The notes below the pieces were generated by a model. That model did not search any database. It worked only from the letters and a program-made list of their open reading frames with translations, and had not been told where the DNA came from. A stretch of 64,000 nucleotides of DNA, taken from positions 148,298 through 212,297 of the forward strand of contig CAWAIO010000002.1 in NCBI GenBank assembly GCA_963782165.1, read 5' to 3'. The translations under genes were made by a program, and so were the position numbers. Of the stretch, positions 58,358-64,000 are shown piece after piece (position 1 is the first letter of the stretch; every line of letters begins with the position of its first letter). This DNA comes from an uncultured Actinomycetota bacterium. GTDB lineage: Bacteria; Actinomycetota; Actinomycetes; Actinomycetales; Cellulomonadaceae.

Positions 58358-59158
58358 TCACAGACCGCGCAGGTACGGGTTGGTCCGGCGCTCGCGGCCG
58401 ATCGTGGTCAGGGGCCCGTGGCCCGGGACCACCTGGAGGACGTCGTCGAGGTGCCCGACGACGTCGCGCAGGGTTTGCTGCATCGTCTCGCCGTCGCCGC
58501 CGGGCAGGTCGGTGCGCCCCACCGACCCGGCGAAGAGGACGTCCCCCGTGAGCACGACCCCGGCCGGGTCGGTGGGGGCCCCGTCCGCTCCGGGGGCGAC
58601 GGGCAGGTACAGCGTCGAGCCCTGGGTGTGACCGGGCGCGTGCCAGGCGTCGACGAGGATGCCGTCCAGGTCGAGCCGGACGGGCGGGTCGGTCGCGACC
58701 TGTCCGTCCGCCGGGTCGACGCCCGGCGTAGGGGCTGTCCCGAACGTCCTGACCTCGGCGGGCTCCCGGTAGTCCTCGAGGCGGGCACCTTGCTGCGCGA
58801 GCGCGGCGGCCAGGGTCGAGGCGCGCTCCCCGGTGGCGGGAGGCGCGTCCTCGATCGTGCCGAGGGGGTCGGGAAGGCGGTAGGCGTCGCGGGCGTGGAT
58901 CCACAGCGGCACCCCGTACGTCTCGCACAGCTCAGCGGCGTCCCACGTGTGGTCCGCGTGCCCGTGCGTGGCCAGGACCGCGCGCGGCTCGAGCCCCTGC
59001 TCGCGCACGAGCTCCACGACGCCCGGGACGACCCCGGCACCGGCGTCGACGATCACGCAGGGGCGCGCGACGCCGTCGGGCAGCGATCCCTCGAGGCGGG
59101 GGACGACGAGCGTGCAGTTGGTGCCGAACACGGGGGCCACCACGAGGAAGAGGTCCAT
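58358..59158 (-). CDS. MBL-fold metallo-hydrolase (glyoxalase II-like)
   Basis: THGHADH, PGHTQGS, TGDVLF, GRTDLPGG, PGHG. Confidence 0.92.
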   Translation of the reverse strand: MDLFLVVAPVFGTNCTLVVPRLEGSLPDGVARPCVIVDAGAGVVPGVVELVREQGLEPRAVLATHGHADHTWDAAELCETYGVPLWIHARDAYRLPDPLGTIEDAPPATGERASTLAAALAQQGARLEDYREPAEVRTFGTAPTPGVDPADGQVATDPPVRLDLDGILVDAWHAPGHTQGSTLYLPVAPGADGAPTDPAGVVLTGDVLFAGSVGRTDLPGGDGETMQQTLRDVVGHLDDVLQVVPGHGPLTTIGRERRTNPYLRGL

Positions 59159-59347
59159 GTGACGACACTAGCGACCCGCACAAAGGGGGCACCTGATACC
59201 GGACCGTGACCTGAAAGGCGACACGACACGGCGCCAGAACGCTCCCGGTGCCTAGACTGTCCTCTGAAACCGTGGATCACCCGTGCACAGAACGCGCCCT
59301 CGCGCCCGCACGCGGAGCGGCCCGTGACGTGAGACGAAGGAGTTGGG

Positions 59348-60064
59348 GTGACGACGAGCAAGCGCGAACGCGAGCGTGCCCGCCGCCGCGAGGAGAAGTG
59401 GACCCAGCGCCAGGCGCAGGCCCGCGCCCGCACGCAGCGGACGTGGACCGTCGTCGGCGCGGTCGCCGCGCTCGCCGTCGTGGGCGGTGTCGTCGTGCTG
59501 GCGCTCTCCGCGAACTCGGACGCCGACGCGACCGACAAGACCTTCACGCTCCCGTCGCCCGCCGCCGCCGAGGACCGCGAGTGGACGGGCGAGCTGCGCA
59601 CGAGCGCGGGCGACATCGAGCTCACGCTCGACGGTCAGGCCGCGCCCCAGACGGTCGCGAGCTTCGTCTCGCTCGCCCAGGGCGGGTTCTTCGACGGCAC
59701 GGACTGCCACCGCCTGACGACCTCGGGGATCTTCGTCCTGCAGTGCGGGGACCCCACGGGCACCGGGACCGGGGGGCCGGGCTACACGTTCGGCCCCGTC
59801 GAGAACGCACCCGAGGACGGGTTCTTCCCCGCCGGCACCATCGGCATGGCTCGTGCCCAGACCACGGACTCCCACGGCAGCCAGTTCTTCCTCGTGTACG
59901 AGGACACCACCTTGCCGACCGACACCGGTGGGTACACAGTTTTCGGCAAGATCACATCCGGCTTGGACGTCGTCCGAGCAGTCGCTGACGCGGGGACAGC
60001 GGACGGGGCCCCTGACGGCTCCCCCGCGACCCCGGTCACCATCGAAGGAGTTGAGACCCAGTGA
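59348..60064 (+). CDS. membrane-anchored cyclophilin-type peptidyl-prolyl isomerase
   Basis: Basic N-terminus plus TM, CHRL, LQCGDP.GTGTGGPGY, GSQFF, YTVFG. Confidence 0.92.
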   Translation: MTTSKRERERARRREEKWTQRQAQARARTQRTWTVVGAVAALAVVGGVVVLALSANSDADATDKTFTLPSPAAAEDREWTGELRTSAGDIELTLDGQAAPQTVASFVSLAQGGFFDGTDCHRLTTSGIFVLQCGDPTGTGTGGPGYTFGPVENAPEDGFFPAGTIGMARAQTTDSHGSQFFLVYEDTTLPTDTGGYTVFGKITSGLDVVRAVADAGTADGAPDGSPATPVTIEGVETQ

Positions 60065-61783
60065 GCGAGAGCACCGAGAACCACGCGAACTCTCCGGCGC
60101 AGGCATCCGAGGAGGCCACCGCAACGGAGCAGGTCGAGGTGCCGGCGGTCGCTGAACCGGCCGAGGGCGCCGAGGCACCCGCCGCCACGGAGGCCGTCGA
60201 GACCGACGCCACCGTGGCAGCAGCCGACGAGGCCACCTCCGTCGAGGAGGTCGCGCCCGTCGCGGACGAGGCTCCTTCCGAAGCCACGGCCGACGCCGAG
60301 GTCACCGAGGCAGCACCCGCGGCGGACGAGACGGAAGCCGCACCGGCCCCCGCGCCCGACGCACCGGAAGCCGCACCGGCCCCCAAGCCCAGCCCTGCAC
60401 CCAAGCCGAGCGCCGTCCCGGTGCCGCGGCCCCCGCGCCCTGGCGCCCCGGCTGCTGCGGCCCCCGCCGCCACGTCGATCGCACCGGCCGCGGCCGCAGC
60501 GGTCATCCCTGACGACAGCGCCGCCGCGAAGGCCGCGGCCGGGTTCGGTCGCGTCGACGAGGACGGCACGGTCTACGTGACCGAGTCTGCGGGCGAGCGC
60601 AGCGTCGGGCAGTTCCCCGGGGTCACCCCCGAGGAGGCGCTCGCGCTCTACGTGCGCCGGTACCTGGACCTGCAGGCCAAGGTCGCGCTCTTCGAGGCAC
60701 GGCTGACCGGTACGGACCTGTCCGTCAAGGAGATCGACTCGACGCTCGCCAAGCTCGGCGAGGAGACCGCCGAGCCCTCGGCCGTCGGCGACCTGGACGG
60801 ACTGCGCGCGCACGTCGAGTCGCTGCGTGCGGTCGCGGCTGCCCGCCGTGCCGCAGCTCGAGGCCGAGCGCAACGCCGCCAAGGAGGCGGCGCTCGCCGC
60901 CCGCACCGAGATCATCGAGGCAGCCGAGAAGATCGCCTCGACGGACCCGGCACGCATCCAGTGGCGTCCCGCGGGCGAGGAGCTGCGCAAGCTGCTCGAC
61001 CAGTGGAAGGACGCCCAGCGCAACGGGCCCAGGATCGACCGGGCCAGCGAGGAAGCGCTGTGGAAGCGCTTCAGCCACGCCCGCACGGCCTTCGACCGTG
61101 AGCGCCGGCACTACTTCGCCGAGCTCGAGCAGCGCAACTCCTCCGCGAAGGAGGTCAAGGAGAAGCTCGTGCAGCGGGCCGAGGCCCTGCAGAACAGCAC
61201 GGACTGGGGCGCGACGGCCGGCGCGTTCCGCGACCTCATGACCGAGTGGAAGGCCGCCGGACGCGCCAACCGCCGCGACGACGACGCGCTGTGGGCACGC
61301 TTCCGTGCGGCGCAGGACGCGTTCTTCGAGGCCCGGGACGCGCTCAACGCCGCCACGGACGCCGAGTACGCGGAGAACCTGGTCGTCAAGGAAGCCTTGC
61401 TGGAGCAGGCCGAGAAGCTCGTCCCCGTGACGGACCTCGCACAGGCCAAGACGGCTCTGCGGGACATCCAGGAGAAGTGGGAGGACGCCGGCAAGGTTCC
61501 TCGCGCCGACGTCCAGCGCGTCGAGGCTCGCCTGCGTGCGGTCGAGACCGCGGTCCGCGACGCCGAGCAGTCCCAGTGGTCGCGCTCCAACCCTGAGACG
61601 CGTGCACGCGCCGAGGGCGCGGCCGCCCAGCTCGAGTCCGCGATCGCAGGCCTCGAGGAGGACCTGGCCGCTGCGACCGCCAAGGGCGACAAGCGCAAGA
61701 TCGCCGAGATCGAGTCCTCGATCGCGGCTCGCCGCGCCTGGCTCGAGCAGGTCGTGAAGGCCGCCGAGGACTCCCGCGGCTGA
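60061..61783 (+). CDS. DUF349 domain protein with acidic Ala/Glu/Pro-rich N-terminus (apparent frameshift near 60855)
   Basis: FGRVDEDGTVYV, repeated W...QWK...LW.RF...F units, NPETRARA. Confidence 0.88.
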
Positions 61784-61812
61784 TTCCTGCACCACCCGAG
61801 GGGCCTGGCCGG

Positions 61813-61840
61813 GCCTGTGGACGACGAGAGTTTCCACAGG
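61813..61840. promoter_or_regulatory. inverted CCTGTGGA...TCCACAGG motif upstream of the AbiEi-like gene
   Basis: gcctgtggacgacgagagtttccacagg. Confidence 0.5.
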
Positions 61841-61889
61841 TCCGACCGGGCCCCTCGCGCGTGTCCGGACGGGGCGCCAGGCTGTCTCC

Positions 61890-62576
61890 ATGTCCACCGG
61901 TACCGCTCCCCCCGCCCTCACGCCCGCCCCACGGGACGCCGCGCCCGAGGGAGCCCGCCTCCCGGCGGACCTCGCCATGGCAGTCAGCGTGCTGCCCGCC
62001 CCAGAGCTCGTGCGGCCGGCTCACGTCGGCGGCGACGTCGCGTTCGCAGACCTGCTCCGCTCGGGGGCGCTGGTGCGGGTCCGCGGCGAGGTCGCCGTCC
62101 GCCCGACGACGCCGATCACCCCCGCGGTCCGTGCGGCCTCCCTGGCCCACCTCGCGCCCGAGCGCACCGTGATCGGCGGCCTGAGCGCCGCGTGGGTGCA
62201 CTGTGAGACGCCTGCTCCCTCGACCGTCGAGGTGATCCATCCGCTCGGCGTCCACCGCCCGCCTCCGCTCCCCGGTCGCGCCCCGCGGCAGAGCGCCCTC
62301 CTGCGGACCGAGGTCGTGCCGCTCGGGGACGTCCTGGTGACGACCGTCGAACGCACGGCCCTGGACCTCGCGTGCCTGCACGACCCGCAGACCAGCGCTC
62401 CCGTCCTGCACGCGCTCGTGACACGGTGCGGGCTGGACCTCGGCGCGGTCCAGGCCGCGCTCGACCTACGGTCTCGGCGCACCGGTGCGCCCAAGGCGCG
62501 ACGTGTCCTGGACATGCTCGCCGGACGCGAGCTGGCCGCGCCCGCAGGCGGCGAGCCCGGCCCCCGTCTACCGTGA
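61890..62576 (+). CDS. AbiEi-like (type IV antitoxin C-terminal-like) protein
   Basis: GLSAAWVH and VTTVERTALDLA motifs typical of actinobacterial AbiEi-like/DUF559-associated proteins. Confidence 0.65.
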   Translation: MSTGTAPPALTPAPRDAAPEGARLPADLAMAVSVLPAPELVRPAHVGGDVAFADLLRSGALVRVRGEVAVRPTTPITPAVRAASLAHLAPERTVIGGLSAAWVHCETPAPSTVEVIHPLGVHRPPPLPGRAPRQSALLRTEVVPLGDVLVTTVERTALDLACLHDPQTSAPVLHALVTRCGLDLGAVQAALDLRSRRTGAPKARRVLDMLAGRELAAPAGGEPGPRLP

Positions 62577-62580
62577 ACAG

Positions 62581-63723
62581 ATGCCTCGTTCCACGACCCC
62601 GGCGGTCGAGCTCGACGTCGACGGACGCACCGTGCGCGTCACGAGCCCGGACCGTGTGGTCTTCCCCGGCCGCGGGCTCACCAAGCTCGACGTCGTCAGG
62701 TACTTCCAGTCGGTCGGCCCCGGGATCCTCGCGGCGCTGCGCGAACGGCCCACGACGCTCGAACGCTGGCCCAAAGGCGTGTTCGAGGGGGCCCGCCTCA
62801 GCACGCGCACCGACAGCAGCGGCGACGCGTTCTTCCAGAAGCGGCTGCCCCAGGGCGCACCGGACTACGTCGAGACCGCCCGGATCGCGTTCCCCAGCGG
62901 CCGTACGGCTGACGAGGTGCGCCCCACCGAGCTCGCGGTCGTTCTCTGGGCTGCGAACCTCGGCACCCTCACGTTCCATCCGTGGCCGGTCACGGGCGCT
63001 GACGTCGAGGCTCCCGACCAGCTCCGCATCGACCTCGATCCCCAGCCCGGGACCGACTACTCGGACGCGGCCAGGGTCGCGCCTCACCTTCGCGAGGTGC
63101 TCACCGAGCTGGGGCTCGAGGGATTCCCCAAGACGTCGGGCGGGCGCGGTCTGCACGTGTTCGTCCCCGTCACGCCGGACTGGGGCTTCGTCGACGCGCG
63201 CCGGGCGACTATCGCGATCGGGCGCGAGCTCGAACGACGCCTGCCGGACCAGGTCACCACGAAGTGGTGGAAGGAGGAGCGAGGCGAGAAGATCTTCGTC
63301 GACTACAACCAGATGGCCCGCGACCGCACGATCGCCTCGGCCTACTCGATCCGTGCCAACGCCCGCGCCACGGTGTCGGCTCCCCTGCGCTGGGACGAGG
63401 TGCCCGACGTGGGGCCCGACGACTTCGACGTCCTGACCATGCCGGCGCGCTTCGCCGAGGTCGGCGACCTGCACGCACGCCTCGACGCCACGAGCCCGGG
63501 CGAGCGGTACTCGCTCGAGGCCGCGCTCGAGCTCGCGGCGCGTGACGAGCGCGACCACGGGCTGGGCGACCTGCCCTATCCGCCCGAGTATCCCAAGATG
63601 GCGGGCGAGCCCAAGCGGGTCCAGCCCAGCAAGGACGCCTCGCGGCACAGCCAGGACGGTGCGGACGAGGAGGGGTCTCAGACAGCGCCTGGAGCGCCCG
63701 GCAGCAGCTCGTCGAGCCGGTAG
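62581..63723 (+). CDS. stand-alone LigD-type primase-polymerase (Prim-PolC-like)
   Basis: SPDRVVFP, TKLD, ERWPKG, FFQK, DLDP, KTSGGRGLH, WWKEER, FVDYNQ, SAP. Confidence 0.93.
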   Translation: MPRSTTPAVELDVDGRTVRVTSPDRVVFPGRGLTKLDVVRYFQSVGPGILAALRERPTTLERWPKGVFEGARLSTRTDSSGDAFFQKRLPQGAPDYVETARIAFPSGRTADEVRPTELAVVLWAANLGTLTFHPWPVTGADVEAPDQLRIDLDPQPGTDYSDAARVAPHLREVLTELGLEGFPKTSGGRGLHVFVPVTPDWGFVDARRATIAIGRELERRLPDQVTTKWWKEERGEKIFVDYNQMARDRTIASAYSIRANARATVSAPLRWDEVPDVGPDDFDVLTMPARFAEVGDLHARLDATSPGERYSLEAALELAARDERDHGLGDLPYPPEYPKMAGEPKRVQPSKDASRHSQDGADEEGSQTAPGAPGSSSSSR

Positions 63724-64000
63724 CTCACGGGCTCCTCGAGCTGCTCGTAGGTGCACGAGCCGGGCTCCCGGTCCGTGCGCCAGCGCCGGAGCTGGACCGT
63801 GTGCCGGAACCGGGACCCCTCCATGTGGTCATAGGCCACCTCGAGGACCTTCTCGACGCGCAGCGGCACGAACGACAGGTCCTTGGTGCCGCTCCACCGC
63901 GACTGCGCGCCGGGCATGCGTCCGGACCCGGGGCTCTCCCACCCCGCCCAGGGGTGCTCGGCGGCCTCGTGGCTCCCGGGGTCCAGCACGAGAGGGGCCA
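63678..64000 (-). CDS. ligC: ATP-dependent DNA ligase LigC-type (C-terminal part; start outside the window)
   Basis: RMPGAQSRWS..KDLSFVPLR, EVAYDHMEG.RFRH, RWRTDR, SCTYEQL. Confidence 0.88.
   Translation of the reverse strand, partial: APLVLDPGSHEAAEHPWAGWESPGSGRMPGAQSRWSGTKDLSFVPLRVEKVLEVAYDHMEGSRFRHTVQLRRWRTDREPGSCTYEQLEEPVSYRLDELLPGAPGAV

Noticed and set aside
61813-61840. oriC / DnaA-box cluster
   Set aside because: Only two imperfect boxes, no AT-rich unwinding element and no dnaA/dnaN nearby

Overview
Very GC-rich actinobacterial chromosome segment. Gene content and order resemble Micrococcales such as Cellulomonadaceae or Promicromonosporaceae; this taxonomy is inferred, not verified. 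Most of the window is a conserved core block on the minus strand: hisG, hisE, the rib operon with an FMN riboswitch, rpe, rsmB, fmt, priA, metK, coaBC, rpoZ, gmk, mIHF, the pyrR-pyrB-pyrC-carA-carB-pyrF operon, nusB, efp, the aro genes, mltG, ruvX, alaS, rpsD, rarA, aspS and hisS. The right end carries a cyclophilin, a DUF349 protein, an AbiEi-like protein, a Prim-PolC and LigC. Many essential genes are split by single-base indels, densest at about 11-25 kb and 42-46.5 kb; these are most likely sequencing errors. Small accessory inserts interrupt the core. The most striking is a SatD-like class III nucleotide-cyclase-fold/HTH gene coupled to a membrane-protein gene, preceded by a strictly periodic CTTGA/TCAAG array with a 28-bp period. 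Others are an MFS-hydrolase-GDPD cluster, a prepilin peptidase, an MMPL transporter followed by a 65-bp palindrome, a LexA-boxed radical SAM gene and an XRE/redox cluster. Recurrent PafBC-like promoters and a shared 15-mer were found by eye. No tRNA, rRNA, CRISPR array, integrase or transposase was seen. All calls come from motif recognition and synteny, with no database searches; start codons are best estimates.
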